The notes: generated from the letters alone by a model not told the origin. A stretch of DNA of 64,000 nucleotides from Snowella sp. (GCA_035285545.1 JAYKGY010000019.1:111849-175848); one strand, 5' to 3'; numbered from the stretch's first letter, positions 41,288-52,383 are shown. A program made the numbers and translations.

Positions 41288-43252
41288 TTAGTTTAAAATC
41301 CTGTTTTTATTGCTAATAATATTAAAATCAGCGTTTAGAGGCGTGGTGGGAAGCGTGAAATAAAAAGTACTCCCTTGACCGAGTACACTTTCTACCCAAA
41401 TCTCTCCACCGTGACCTTGAATAATATCGCGGCAGATCGCTAATCCTAAGCCTGTTCCGCCTTTTTCGCGGGCATCGGAGGCATCAACCTGTTGGAAGGG
41501 TTCAAAAATGGATTCTAAATTTTGTGGCGGAATTCCGCGACCGCGATCGCTAACGGTAAATTGGGCCCAGCGAATGGCAGAAGGGGACGATAAATCCTCT
41601 GATGGAATGATATCTACCCATAAATCAATGGAAGAGTGGGGAGGAGAAAATTTAATGGCGTTACTGAGCAAATTAATCAAAACTTGAATGAGTCGATCCT
41701 GATCTGCGTAGAGGGAAAAAACTGGAGAGGAGACATGGATCGGGATGTGGGCCTGCTTGGCTAATTCTTGAGTTTGCGCGATCGCATTTTTAAGAATTTG
41801 TTGGACAGGGTAATAATCCTTCATTAACCGCAATTTACCCGAACGTAACCGTTCCAAATCCAAAATATCATTGACCAAACGCACCAGCCGATCCACGCCA
41901 TCCGTTGCAATACTAATGGTTGTTTCTCCTTCTTCTGAGGTGGCATCAATCACCTTGTCGTGTAATAAACTCAAAGAGGCTTGGATGGTTGTCAGGGGAG
42001 TCCGTAATTCATGGCTAACGGTGGAGAGGAACTGAGACTTCATCCGTTCTAGGTGATAACGCTCGGTAATATCTTCTCCAATGGCAATAATCCCAATGGT
42101 TTGGCCTAGATTATTTTTTAATACCGAGTTGCGCCAGGCAATCATGCGCTCTTCTCCCGATTTCGTCAAAATAGCGTTAATGTGATGCTCTGAGGAACCT
42201 TCAGTCAGCACTTCCTGAAAAATGAAATCAAGACTCGCAGCGATCGAAGGAGGCGTAAAATGGGTTATCCAATGTTTCCCAATCACTTCTTCGGGGGTAA
42301 AATAGGCAATTTTTTGAAAAAAGGGGTTGATATATTCAACAAATCCCTCTTGATTCAATTCAACAACAATCATTTGAATACTGTCTAAGACTGACCGCCA
42401 ACGACGATTAAATTCTTTGATTTCCGCTTCTGTTTGTTTCCGCTCGGTAATTTCTTCACAAACGACACTAATCCCAATTACCCGATCCTCATCCTTTAAC
42501 GGTAAAAAGTTTTCTAGCCAGACGCGCTGTACTCCGGGTTGGGAGGGGGTTTCTCCGACAATTTCTACATTTAACAGGGGTTGGCCAGTTTCTAAAACAG
42601 AACGCAATAATTGTTCCGCCGTATCCGCCAGATTCGGTAATAGCTCTCGCAGGTTACGGCCAATGTGTTCTTCAACGGTAAACCCATTGATCTCTGCCAA
42701 GCGATGGTTAATGCGGACAAAGCGAAGATTACGATCTAAAACACTTAAACCAATCGGCGCAGATTGATAAATGGTTTCAATTTCTGATAATTGTTGCTGG
42801 AGTTGAGATTGGCTTTCCCGTAGGGCTTTTTCATTTTTTTCTTGCTCTCTCAGTTCTCTTTTGAGTTGTGCTTCATTCTCTTGTCTGACCTGTCGAATTT
42901 GTTGGCTCAATCGTTCAATTTTTCGCTTACTTTCTCGAAATTGATGGGTTAGGACGGTAATCACTAACCCCCCTCCTGTAAAAATAGCTAATCGCCATAA
43001 ATCTTCAGTAATTAGCCCAGAATCCCCTGGGGCAAGCGTGCTAAGGAGATAGGCGATCGTTAAGGAAGATAGGGTAAATGAGACAATACCCGGCGCAAAA
43101 CCGCCATACCAGGTAGTGAGAATAATCGCGATATACAGTATGGGGCTAAGGATCGGAGAAAGTAAGGTATTCAGCCATAACGTCATTAATATCGCGATCG
43201 CCGTTAAGCCAATAGCTAGCCCGTAGGGAAAAAATCGCTGCTGTCTTCTCAT
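41288..43252 (-). CDS. Sensor histidine kinase (DUF4118-like TM sensor, two PAS domains, HisKA, HATPase)
   Basis: SHELRTPL H-box, NLLSNAIKF, DRGRGI and GGTGLGL motifs; two PAS domains ending EITER and DITER. Confidence 0.93.
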   Translation of the reverse strand: MRRQQRFFPYGLAIGLTAIAILMTLWLNTLLSPILSPILYIAIILTTWYGGFAPGIVSFTLSSLTIAYLLSTLAPGDSGLITEDLWRLAIFTGGGLVITVLTHQFRESKRKIERLSQQIRQVRQENEAQLKRELREQEKNEKALRESQSQLQQQLSEIETIYQSAPIGLSVLDRNLRFVRINHRLAEINGFTVEEHIGRNLRELLPNLADTAEQLLRSVLETGQPLLNVEIVGETPSQPGVQRVWLENFLPLKDEDRVIGISVVCEEITERKQTEAEIKEFNRRWRSVLDSIQMIVVELNQEGFVEYINPFFQKIAYFTPEEVIGKHWITHFTPPSIAASLDFIFQEVLTEGSSEHHINAILTKSGEERMIAWRNSVLKNNLGQTIGIIAIGEDITERYHLERMKSQFLSTVSHELRTPLTTIQASLSLLHDKVIDATSEEGETTISIATDGVDRLVRLVNDILDLERLRSGKLRLMKDYYPVQQILKNAIAQTQELAKQAHIPIHVSSPVFSLYADQDRLIQVLINLLSNAIKFSPPHSSIDLWVDIIPSEDLSSPSAIRWAQFTVSDRGRGIPPQNLESIFEPFQQVDASDAREKGGTGLGLAICRDIIQGHGGEIWVESVLGQGSTFYFTLPTTPLNADFNIISNKNRILN

Positions 43253-43597
43253 TAAAAGGTTGGATATCTAGGGATATTTATCTAACTGATGGTAAGAGGG
43301 TTTAAACGTCCGAGTTAACCTTCTTTGCCCAGGAGGAAACCGCTGGATAGCAGGGGGAACGTCTTGAATGTTGGGGATACTTTCAAGCGTATTTTTCCAA
43401 GTCTATTCTATCTCCCTAATTCCTGACACCTGTTTGTCTAATGACGGAAGGTAAGGACTTTTCCCTCCCCCAATCCCTTTCCATCCTATCTAAAGAGAGA
43501 GATTAAAGACGCTTCTAAGGGTAGAACCCAATTCCTTCTTTTTCTCATTAGCCTGGGAGCCATAGAAAATCCTGTAATGTATTCTGAATGAATTTTT

Positions 43598-43807
43598 ATG
43601 AAAACCTCCGCAATTAATACGGATTCGGTTCCTAACGTTGCCCCTGCGTACAATGGCAGCGATCGCAATGCCTGGCTTTTTGGCTGGACTCCCCAACAAG
43701 AATTATGGAATGGGCGTTTAGCCATGTTAGGTTTTATGGCTTATTTACTCTGGGATTGGGCTGGTTATAGCGTCTTACGAGATGTTTTACACCTGATTCC
43801 TCGCTAA
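43598..43807 (+). CDS. High-light-inducible / small CAB-like protein
   Basis: FGWTPQQELWNGRLAMLGF chlorophyll-binding motif. Confidence 0.9.
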   Translation: MKTSAINTDSVPNVAPAYNGSDRNAWLFGWTPQQELWNGRLAMLGFMAYLLWDWAGYSVLRDVLHLIPR

Positions 43808-43916
43808 ATTATTCGTTAATCGCCCTATCAATGCAATTGAACGCAATTGAATAATTGAATGTAATTATCTCAAACGCTACTTTTTGAAACCCTGTTGATA
43901 AAAAATCCCCATCACC

Positions 43917-44378
43917 ATGCAAACATCTATTTCTTCCCAATCTGCTTCGACAATCCGTTATAGTGCCCTATTTATCGGGTTGTTTTTCTTGCTTCTCGGT
44001 TTAGCAGGATTTATGCCAGCTTTTGTTTCCTACCGGACTAACCCCACTGAAGTTGCGGGTTTTGGCTATCTGTTTGGATTATTTCCCACCAACTATTTCC
44101 ATAATGCCATTGGTATTTTGGTCGGCCTCTGGGGAATCGCGGCTTCGACGAGCTTAAGTGGCGCGATCGTTTTTGACCGGATTTTCGCGATTATCTATGC
44201 CGTAGTCGCCATTTTAGGGTTATTCCCTGCCACCAATAACTTTTTTGGCATGACTCCCCTTTACGGGAATAATATCTGGCTTAATGCGCTAACGGCTGGG
44301 GTAGCCTTCTATTTTGGTTTTATGAAATCTGTAGAAAGCGATCTCTCTACTCCTTCTAGTCCTCAACCCAGCGTTTAA
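43917..44378 (+). CDS. DUF4383-like membrane protein
   Basis: GYLFGLFPTNYFHN and PLYGNNIWL motifs; about 4 TM segments. Confidence 0.75.
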   Translation: MQTSISSQSASTIRYSALFIGLFFLLLGLAGFMPAFVSYRTNPTEVAGFGYLFGLFPTNYFHNAIGILVGLWGIAASTSLSGAIVFDRIFAIIYAVVAILGLFPATNNFFGMTPLYGNNIWLNALTAGVAFYFGFMKSVESDLSTPSSPQPSV

Positions 44379-44420
44379 TTCATATTAAATTCAATTACAG
44401 TTCAAATAGGATTAAATGCT

Positions 44421-44470
44421 ATCCCCCCTAGCCCCCCTTTCTAAGGTGGGAAGCCGTAAGGCGGGGGGAT
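44421..44470. repeat. Cyanobacterial GC-rich palindromic intergenic repeat (REP-like)
   Basis: ATCCCCCCTAGCCCCCCTT...AAGGTGGG...GGGGGGAT nested inverted repeats between convergent genes. Confidence 0.65.
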
Positions 44471-44479
44471 TAACTATTT

Positions 44480-45538
44480 TTAAACCGCAGCAACGGCTAC
44501 TTGGGGCCAACGACCAACCGCTTTACCGATGACCGATAACTCTTGCATCACCCGATCAAACCGTTCAGGGGTCAAAGACTGTGGCCCATCGGATAGGGCT
44601 TTTGCGGGGTTGGGATGAACTTCAATCATTAATGAATCGGTTCCACCCGCGATCGCGGCCATGGCCATGGAAGGTACATAATCCGATTTACCCGTACCGT
44701 GACTGGGATCAATCATGATGGGTAGGTGGGTTAAATTGCGTAACACAGGTAAGACCGAAAGATCTAAGGTATTACGAGTATATTTTTGATCAAATGTCCG
44801 AATACCCCGCTCACAGAGAATCACATTCGGATTCCCCGCCGCGAGAATATATTCCGCCGCCATTAACCATTCTTCAATGCTGGCAGACATCCCCCGCTTT
44901 AACAGAACAGGCTTATCCTGGGCCCCAACTTTTTTCAACATGGCGAAGTTCTGCATATTACGTGCCCCGACCTGAATCACATCGGCGACTTCCGCAATTT
45001 TTTCTAAATCCGCCGTATCCATTACTTCAGTGATAATTCCTAAACCGCTGGCTTCTTTTGCGGCAGCTAATAGTCCTAATGCGCTTTCACCATGACCCTG
45101 GAAGGCATAGGGAGAAGTCCGAGGTTTGAACGCTCCACCCCGTAAAAATTGCGCGCCTGCGGCCTTAACCCGTTTAGCAGTTTCAACGATCATCTCTTCG
45201 TTTTCAACCGAACAAGGGCCTGCAACTACCACAATGGGATGATGTTTACCGATCGCGACAGGGCCATTGGGAGTGGGAACAATCACTTCACTATAATCGC
45301 CGTGACGATACTCTAAACTCGCCCGTTTAAACGGTTGTTCAACCCGCAGAACGTCTTCAATCCAAGGACTCACTTCTTGAATTTGTAGTGGATCAAGCCC
45401 CGCCGTTTCACCGACTAAGCCGATAACGACTTTATGTTTACCGACAATTTTTTCAGGTGTAAACCCTTTTTCTGAAAAATCTTGGGTAACACGCTCAATC
45501 TCTAATTCGGGAGTCCCGACTTTCATTACAACGATCAT
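44480..45538 (-). CDS. aroF: 3-deoxy-7-phosphoheptulonate (DAHP) synthase, class I-beta
   Basis: AGPCSVE, GGAFKPRTSPY, GARNMQN, LCERGIRTF and DPSH motifs. Confidence 0.96.
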   Translation of the reverse strand: MIVVMKVGTPELEIERVTQDFSEKGFTPEKIVGKHKVVIGLVGETAGLDPLQIQEVSPWIEDVLRVEQPFKRASLEYRHGDYSEVIVPTPNGPVAIGKHHPIVVVAGPCSVENEEMIVETAKRVKAAGAQFLRGGAFKPRTSPYAFQGHGESALGLLAAAKEASGLGIITEVMDTADLEKIAEVADVIQVGARNMQNFAMLKKVGAQDKPVLLKRGMSASIEEWLMAAEYILAAGNPNVILCERGIRTFDQKYTRNTLDLSVLPVLRNLTHLPIMIDPSHGTGKSDYVPSMAMAAIAGGTDSLMIEVHPNPAKALSDGPQSLTPERFDRVMQELSVIGKAVGRWPQVAVAAV

Positions 45539-45810
45539 AGTTAAAACAACCTCACGGGTTAATGGATAGATAATATCAAAGGGCTAAATAAACTTCTTAC
45601 ATAATGGGCTTAACTATCTCGTATCTTGTTCTGAACATCGAACAGCGGATTAAAACTTAAAATTATGAAAGAAATCTATTTTCGTAAATCATAAAAACCT
45701 TTCCTCGATTGTAAACATTTTATTTTTCGAGATTCAAGGTTAAATGCAAAAAATCAAAAGCTTTATTTAAAAAATGAATATCGCAAGACAAAATCAATAA
45801 AAAATCACAA

Positions 45811-46302
45811 CTAACTTTCTTTTGCCCTGCGTGCCTCTTCTCTAGCGGCTTTCCAAGCGGTAATAGCTCGGTCAACATTGATTTTGATTTCCTGCCATCC
45901 TAACCAACTTCCGTCGCGCTCCTCATCCCAAGAGGTGGAAAAAATGCCATAGCTCAGCCCTAAAACCCCTAAGCCAAAGAGCAATAAGCTAACACCAAAA
46001 ACCACATAGGTCGGAATTTCGAGCCAATCGTGGCTGACAATCCAATAAAACACCACAAACGACAACATCGCTGAAGCCGTCGGAATCCCTGAAAAGATTG
46101 CCATCCGTCTAATCATGCGTTGGCTGACAACTTCGGGAATTGCTCCACTTTGGGGTTTACGTTTGCCCTTAACGGCTTTGGCTTTGGCTTTAGTCGCAGT
46201 AGGTTTAGCTTCTACCTTGGCAGCCGGTGGCGTTTTGGGTGTTTTTTTCTTTTTTTGTTTGCCTTCAAAAGGAAGGGGGGCGCGAGAAGAGGGGTCAGGC
46301 AT
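45811..46302 (-). CDS. pam68: PAM68 family PSII assembly protein
   Basis: IPEVVSQRMIRR, GLSYGIFSTSWDE and GSWLGW motifs; downstream of rpsO. Confidence 0.9.
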   Translation of the reverse strand: MPDPSSRAPLPFEGKQKKKKTPKTPPAAKVEAKPTATKAKAKAVKGKRKPQSGAIPEVVSQRMIRRMAIFSGIPTASAMLSFVVFYWIVSHDWLEIPTYVVFGVSLLLFGLGVLGLSYGIFSTSWDEERDGSWLGWQEIKINVDRAITAWKAAREEARRAKES

Positions 46303-46326
46303 AGAAATTTACGATAAAAGGAAATA

Positions 46327-46596
46327 TTAACGACGAATTCCCAAGCGTTGAATTAAAGCCTGATAGCGGGCGGGTTCTTGTTTGTTGATGTAGCCTAATA
46401 AGCTTCTGCGTTTACCGATCATTTTCAGTAATCCACGACGAGAAGCATGATCTTTTGGATTCGCTTGTAGGTGACTGGTGAGTTGGGAGATCCGTTCGGT
46501 TAATAAAGCAACCTGAAGGTCAGGAGATCCCGTATCGGTTTCGTGAACTTGGTACTCAGTGATTAATTCTTGTTTTCGGGTTTGGGTTAACGCCAT
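46327..46596 (-). CDS. rpsO: 30S ribosomal protein S15
   Basis: DTGSPDLQVALLT and KDHASRRGL motifs. Confidence 0.98.
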   Translation of the reverse strand: MALTQTRKQELITEYQVHETDTGSPDLQVALLTERISQLTSHLQANPKDHASRRGLLKMIGKRRSLLGYINKQEPARYQALIQRLGIRR

Positions 46597-46713
46597 AATG
46601 CTGTATGAAATTAATTTCGATTCAAAGCTGCAATCTCTTACTATACCATTTATTTTTTGAGATTCAATCTCTCAAATGACAAAAAAGCAGGGTTCACTTT
46701 GGTTGAGTGGTGT

Positions 46714-47925
46714 TTAATCGCTGGCCATCTGACTGCCCCAACGGTCTTGGGCTAAAAATTCCCGATCGCGGGGAATGGGGGTAATGGATTCGGTTAATAA
46801 AAATTCGCCTGCTTGAATCCAGGATTTTAATTCTTCAGCGACCTGACGCGATCGCGCCATACTGGCCAAGGGTGCAACTCGGACAGATTTTCCTTCAATG
46901 GTGATTTTGCCACTTTTGAGTTGGGCATAACTGACTAAACCGAAGGTGGGACGGACTCGGCGAGGGATAGAAAAATCCACCACCGGAGCCACAATTTCCT
47001 CATCCCGCACGGCACAATATTCAATGACTTTTTCATTCAACACAGGTAAGGGCACGCCAACCCCCAACATTAACGACGCGCCATAATTTTTGAAATAACA
47101 TCCCCTTACCCACTTCGCTTGCATTTGTTTGGCATCCCCAATTAACGCTAAGGTTGCAGCCGGGCCAATAGGGGTTTGATTGGGTAAACGTTTTTGTAGG
47201 GGAAAATGTTGGGTTCCTTCCCAGGCAATATAACCCACCCCACCGCCTAAAAAGATACGGCTACCAATGCCGATAATTTCCAGTTGGGGATCATTAAATA
47301 GGGGAGAAATTGCTCCAGGGTTAGAAAAAACCGCATTGCCTAAACGGGGTTGCAACGGGCCGAGATAGGTATAAAGTTGGCGATCGCCGCCATTCACGCC
47401 CACAATAAAGTTCTGATAAAGATTACGAGGGTTATAAAGATAAAACTGGTTGATGGTTTTGCTATTAATCGTCGTTTCCAAACTCGCACGAGGATAGCAA
47501 TCAGTGACCTGTCCAACGGCCCGTAAACTAACGGATTTCCCCGCAATTAAATCTTCAATCACATGACCGCCGCCCCGCTCCGAAGGATTGCCCGACCGAT
47601 AATCCCCATCCAACAGATCGCCACTACTGGAATAATCCATCATTGCCGTTGCACCCAAGGATAAATCCACCGCCCCAAACGCAGCATAGGCAGGAATGCC
47701 ATCAATCCAACATTGACGAATTTTAATGGGGGGATCGGTATGGCCTAAGTTAATAAACGCCCCCGAAGATTCCATCGGCTCAAAGGTTCCGGTACAGACC
47801 ACATCCACCTGTTTAAAGACTTTCTCAACACCAATTTCTTGCACCTTGGCTTTGACTTCTTCCACTGTCCAGGCGATCGCTTTTTTGCGGCGGATTTTAT
47901 CGTTAATTTCAGCAATTGTACGCAT
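46714..47925 (-). CDS. Homocysteine biosynthesis enzyme family protein (DUF39)
   Basis: MRTIAEINDKI, VDVVCTGTFEPM and RNLYQN motifs. Confidence 0.85.
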   Translation of the reverse strand: MRTIAEINDKIRRKKAIAWTVEEVKAKVQEIGVEKVFKQVDVVCTGTFEPMESSGAFINLGHTDPPIKIRQCWIDGIPAYAAFGAVDLSLGATAMMDYSSSGDLLDGDYRSGNPSERGGGHVIEDLIAGKSVSLRAVGQVTDCYPRASLETTINSKTINQFYLYNPRNLYQNFIVGVNGGDRQLYTYLGPLQPRLGNAVFSNPGAISPLFNDPQLEIIGIGSRIFLGGGVGYIAWEGTQHFPLQKRLPNQTPIGPAATLALIGDAKQMQAKWVRGCYFKNYGASLMLGVGVPLPVLNEKVIEYCAVRDEEIVAPVVDFSIPRRVRPTFGLVSYAQLKSGKITIEGKSVRVAPLASMARSRQVAEELKSWIQAGEFLLTESITPIPRDREFLAQDRWGSQMASD

Positions 47926-48031
47926 GTCAATTTATAGCTGAAACGATAGAGGCCATCAGCTAACCTTCCAAATTCTAATACAGCGCATAACCTTACCGAG
48001 CGATTTCCATTTTGGGGCATTCGGCGATCGC

Positions 48032-48148
48032 ATTTCCAGTGTACGAGTCAGCAAGAGTGGACAACACCTCGAAATTGATGTTCTAGCCTATGCCAATGGC
48101 CCCATTAATACGGTCTATGTTGTAGACGTTAAAAGCCATCCTAATTAG
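48032..48148 (+). pseudogene. Fragment of a PD-(D/E)XK (DUF3782-like) protein
   Basis: Hand translation ISSVRVSKSGQHLEIDVLAYANGPINTVYVVDVKSHPN*; no start codon; begins right after a HIP1 site at 48024-48031. Confidence 0.6.
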
Positions 48149-49014
48149 GGAGATTTCGGATTGAGGGGGGCTGTTGGTGGTTGGAGCGGTACGGAATTGG
48201 ATGGCGGTTTGAAGGTTTCTCGCGACATCTTTTTAATGGTTTCTTTGTATTCCGTCGGTGCCAGGATCAAGGCTTGTTCAAATAACGGTTGAGCAGTTTC
48301 TGCTTGGCCTTGTTGATTGAAAAGGATGGCTTTAGCTAAAATCGGGCGAAAATCATCCGGGTTCATCTGGGTTGTGTTGTTATAGAGCGCGATCGCGTCA
48401 TCCCATCGTTTTTGCTGGAGATAAAATTCCCCTAACAATAATTGAACGGAAGTTAGATTGGCTGCGTTGGTTGGACTCGGATCTGCCCCTTTAAGTTTGA
48501 TCGCTTGAGTAATGGCATTTTGGAGTGTTTGAATAGCTTCACTGTCTCGATTTTGCGCCATCAGGAGATCGGCCAAGCCCTTTAACCCCCGAATATCTAA
48601 GGGATTATTGGCCAACAAGGTGCGATAAATGGTCGCGGCTCCGGCATAATCTTTAACTTGCTGTTTCGTCTGGGCTAACAGGATGGTATATTCCCGTTGC
48701 TCCGGTTTGAGTTGGGCTAATCGTTCTAAGGGCGCGATCGCGTCATTCAAATTCCCTTGTCTCAGACGGTTTTCCAGCAATCCCTGCAACGCATTAACAT
48801 TATCCGGCTCCCGTTCTAATACCAACTGATAACCCAATTCCTCGGCTTCTAAGCGTTGTTGAGCGTTATCGAGTGGATTGCTGGTTGTTTGTCCCCGTGA
48901 CTGCTGCACAATGCTGTTTACTAAAGGCGCGATCGAAAACAGCAATAGGGCCCCAATCATTAAGACCAAGCCCACATAGACCCAACGGCTGCGTTTAGAA
49001 GAAGAAGCTTTCAT
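48145..49014 (-). CDS. Tetratricopeptide repeat protein with N-terminal membrane anchor
   Basis: One TM segment, then TPR-like helical repeats (GYQLVLEREPDN, NPDDFRPILAKA). Confidence 0.85.
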   Translation of the reverse strand: MKASSSKRSRWVYVGLVLMIGALLLFSIAPLVNSIVQQSRGQTTSNPLDNAQQRLEAEELGYQLVLEREPDNVNALQGLLENRLRQGNLNDAIAPLERLAQLKPEQREYTILLAQTKQQVKDYAGAATIYRTLLANNPLDIRGLKGLADLLMAQNRDSEAIQTLQNAITQAIKLKGADPSPTNAANLTSVQLLLGEFYLQQKRWDDAIALYNNTTQMNPDDFRPILAKAILFNQQGQAETAQPLFEQALILAPTEYKETIKKMSRETFKPPSNSVPLQPPTAPLNPKSP

Positions 49015-49238
49015 AATTTGAACAAATTCAACAAATCTTGAAACAAAAAAGCGGTAAACTGGCTCTTAAAGATGAATATCTCTGCCAAAAATCTGCCTAA
49101 AGCAACGTCAACGGATTGATAGACCCTCGCTCTGTGAACAAGATTAATCTTTTTTAATTTATGATGAAATGACTTGCCTTTGTAGGACATTCTAGCCTGC
49201 TTCTAACGTGTCTGTGTCTCCGTCTCTAATCGTTGAAT

Positions 49239-50072
49239 ATGAACCCTCCTGTTAATCAACCGCTTGAAACCCGTTCTGCGATTGGTCAAAGTCCATCCAG
49301 CCCAACAGCAGCGACCCTCGAAACAACGGAATCTGAAGTCGTGATGGAACGACAACAGCCCATTCCTCCCCCCAATCATCCGCGTCAATATCGGGCGATC
49401 GGATTAGTGCATGGTCAATATCAACCGACAGAAGGACACCTGACGCAAGGAACCTTAACCACCGACACAGGCAAGGAAATAGAGGCGGTCTTATTAGGTC
49501 GCATGATGAGTTTAATCAAAAATCATATTGATCTAACGCAGTCCCATCTCTGGGTTGTTTATCCCCGGACTCGTCAGGAAGATGATCATATTCATTTGCA
49601 GATTGTGGGAATTTGGGAGCCAGAAACGCTAAAAATTAACGAAAACCCTGCCTTAGCCCCTTTACCAGACGACCAACAAAACGGCTATTTTTCTATCCGG
49701 GGTGAGGTCGTGTTTGCGGCGACTGATCAAGAAAGTATTGTAGTTAAAATTCGTCAATCCCCGAAAGCAGAAGGGGAAAGACCCAAATTTTTTAAAATTA
49801 AACTCAAAGGGGTACTTCCTGAAAAACCCGTTACCCATTTCTGGGATCTCCAGGCGCAATTGGTGGGCAATGACTTAGTGTTACAAAGCGCAACGGATTT
49901 GGGTTTAGCCCAGAGTAAAAAGCCCATTAAACGGAATAAAAAAAGTCGGCCCTTACGCAAAGGTAGCGGTCGTCCCCGTTTGGGTGAGCATCGTCCCCAA
50001 TCCCCCGATTCTCGCGCCGGTTCACCCCGTCCTAAACCCTTACCAAAACCCACCAAAGGCGATCGCAGTTAA
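49239..50072 (+). CDS. Conserved cyanobacterial hypothetical protein
   Basis: [22 protein letters not shown] and FSIRGEVV motifs; co-oriented with GNAT and recN. Confidence 0.75.
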   Translation: MNPPVNQPLETRSAIGQSPSSPTAATLETTESEVVMERQQPIPPPNHPRQYRAIGLVHGQYQPTEGHLTQGTLTTDTGKEIEAVLLGRMMSLIKNHIDLTQSHLWVVYPRTRQEDDHIHLQIVGIWEPETLKINENPALAPLPDDQQNGYFSIRGEVVFAATDQESIVVKIRQSPKAEGERPKFFKIKLKGVLPEKPVTHFWDLQAQLVGNDLVLQSATDLGLAQSKKPIKRNKKSRPLRKGSGRPRLGEHRPQSPDSRAGSPRPKPLPKPTKGDRS

Positions 50073-50074
50073 TT

Positions 50075-50596
50075 ATGGTTTTTTGGAAACGTTTATTTAA
50101 TCACGATACCGTTACCGCTTCCTTGGCTCCCAAATTTGAAGGCGATTTGGTCGAATTTACCGATGTAGCACCGAGTCAGTCCCGATTTTTCTTTAGCAGC
50201 GATCGCGATATTGACCTCTATGAACTTGAAGAATTGTGTGATTCTGTTGGTTGGGCCCGCCGCCCCATTCGTAAAGTCAGGAAAGCCATCGAATGTAGTT
50301 TTTTAGTCGTTTCCATGTGGGAAGTTAAGGGCAATCGACGACGCTTAATTGGGTTTGCGCGAGCAACCTCTGACCATGCTTTTAACGCAACGGTGTGGGA
50401 TGTGGTCATTCACCCCAACTTTCAATCCCAGGGCTTTGGCAAAGCCTTAATTAAATATTTAATTCGTAAACTCCGCAGCGAAGATATTAGCAATATCACT
50501 CTTTTTGCCGATCCCCATGTGGTAGATTTCTATCGACGTTTAGGCTTTGTCCTCGATCCAGAGGGGATTAAAGGAATGTTTTGGTATCCTGATTAG
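50075..50596 (+). CDS. GNAT family N-acetyltransferase (Ycf52-like)
   Basis: [22 protein letters not shown] and FYRRLGF motifs. Confidence 0.9.
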   Translation: MVFWKRLFNHDTVTASLAPKFEGDLVEFTDVAPSQSRFFFSSDRDIDLYELEELCDSVGWARRPIRKVRKAIECSFLVVSMWEVKGNRRRLIGFARATSDHAFNATVWDVVIHPNFQSQGFGKALIKYLIRKLRSEDISNITLFADPHVVDFYRRLGFVLDPEGIKGMFWYPD

Positions 50597-50622
50597 GAAG
50601 CTTTTTTCTTTGCCTGACTCCT

Positions 50623-52383
50623 ATGCTATCTTTCCTGCGGATTCACAACTTTGCGTTAATCGATCGCTTGGAATTGACCTTTGGCAATGGCTTAAACGTT
50701 TTGACAGGGGAAACGGGAGCGGGAAAGTCCATTATTCTCGATGCCATTGATATTGTTTTAGGGGGTAAAATTCATGGTCGGGTGATTCGTCAAGGAAGTC
50801 ATCATGCCTCTATTGAGGCCACTTTTACCGTTAGCCCTGCCATTCAAGCCTGGTTAGCATCCCAGGAAATTGAAGCCTTAGAAGACAAGGTTTTAGTCTG
50901 TAGCCGTGAATTGACCTTGGCGGGGGAATCGGTGCGATCGCGCTCTAGGGTCAATGGGGTATTAATTAACCGTCAACTGCTGTCCCAATTGCGAGAACAG
51001 TTAGTGGAAATCACGGCCCAAGGACAAACGACCCAACTCATGGAATCCTCGGTACAACGGGCCCTTTTAGACCTTTACGGCGGTAAATCCCTATTAGAAC
51101 AACGAAAAATTGTTGAATCAGTTTATAGTCAGTACCAAACAGCCCAAAAAGCCTTAGAAGACCGTCGCCAATCGGAAAAAGACCGCTTACAACGTTTAGA
51201 TTTATTGGAATATCAACTTAAGGAATTTCAAGAAGCCCAATTAACGGATGCGGATGAGGAAGAAGCCTTAGAACAAGAGCGCGATCGCCTTTCTCATGTG
51301 GTGGAACTGCAACAACTCAGTTATCAAACCTATCAATTGCTCTATCAAAATGACCACAGTGAATCTGCCATTGCGGATTTGTTGGGAAATGCAGAAAAAT
51401 TACTGATTGACATGAGCCAGTATGATGCCGCCCTTAATCCCATTGTGGAAATGGTGCAGGGAGCCTTAACCCAAGTTGTGGAAGCCAGTCAGCAGTTGAG
51501 TACCTACGGAGACAGTTTAGAGGCCGATCCCCAACGGTTAGCCGAAGTGGAAGAACGCATTGTTTTACTCAAACGCCTCTGTCGCAAATATGGCCCGACC
51601 CTGGCTGAAGCGATCGCCTATGGGGAAAAATTGGAACAGGAATTAGCCGATTTAACCAACAGTGAACAATCGATTGAAAAACTCGAACAGGCCTACGAGC
51701 AAGCCCAAACCGTTTTAAATGCTGAATGTACCAAACTCACCCAACACCGTCAACAAACAGCCCAACAGTTGGAAACTCAATTGGTCAAAGAATTGAAACC
51801 CTTGGCGATGGAAAAAGTGATTTTTGTCTGTCAAATTTCCCCCATTACGCCGAGCAGCACCGGAGCCGATCAGGTCGTCTTTTACTTTAGTCCCAACCCT
51901 GGTGAAAAAATTCAACCCCTTTCCACAACAGCTTCCGGGGGAGAAATGAGCCGTTTTCTGTTGGCTTTAAAGGCCTGTTTTTCCCAAACCACCCCTGTGG
52001 ATCAAACCCTTATTTTTGATGAAATTGATGTGGGAGTGTCTGGAAAAGTTGCCCAGGCGATCGCGGACAAACTGTATCAACTGGGTCGTAGTCAACAGGT
52101 TCTCTGTGTCACCCATCAACCCCTCGTCGCCGCTATGGCCGACAATCATTTTCGAGTGGATAAAAATATTATTCAGGAATCCTCTGTCCATTTAGTAAAA
52201 GAGAACTCAGACGTTAACCTTTCAGAAATTCGGACAGTAGTGAGGGTTACGCCCTTGACCTCCACCAAAGATCGCCAAAAAGAGTTAGCTCAACTAACAG
52301 GTGGTCATTCTGCCGAAGAAGCCCTAACCTTTGCCCAATCTTTATTAACAAAGGCCAAAAATCAACAAATCAAAAAATCCTAA
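50623..52383 (+). CDS. recN: DNA repair protein RecN
   Basis: TGETGAGKS, coiled coil, ASGGEMSR, FDEID and VTHQP motifs. Confidence 0.97.
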   Translation: MLSFLRIHNFALIDRLELTFGNGLNVLTGETGAGKSIILDAIDIVLGGKIHGRVIRQGSHHASIEATFTVSPAIQAWLASQEIEALEDKVLVCSRELTLAGESVRSRSRVNGVLINRQLLSQLREQLVEITAQGQTTQLMESSVQRALLDLYGGKSLLEQRKIVESVYSQYQTAQKALEDRRQSEKDRLQRLDLLEYQLKEFQEAQLTDADEEEALEQERDRLSHVVELQQLSYQTYQLLYQNDHSESAIADLLGNAEKLLIDMSQYDAALNPIVEMVQGALTQVVEASQQLSTYGDSLEADPQRLAEVEERIVLLKRLCRKYGPTLAEAIAYGEKLEQELADLTNSEQSIEKLEQAYEQAQTVLNAECTKLTQHRQQTAQQLETQLVKELKPLAMEKVIFVCQISPITPSSTGADQVVFYFSPNPGEKIQPLSTTASGGEMSRFLLALKACFSQTTPVDQTLIFDEIDVGVSGKVAQAIADKLYQLGRSQQVLCVTHQPLVAAMADNHFRVDKNIIQESSVHLVKENSDVNLSEIRTVVRVTPLTSTKDRQKELAQLTGGHSAEEALTFAQSLLTKAKNQQIKKS

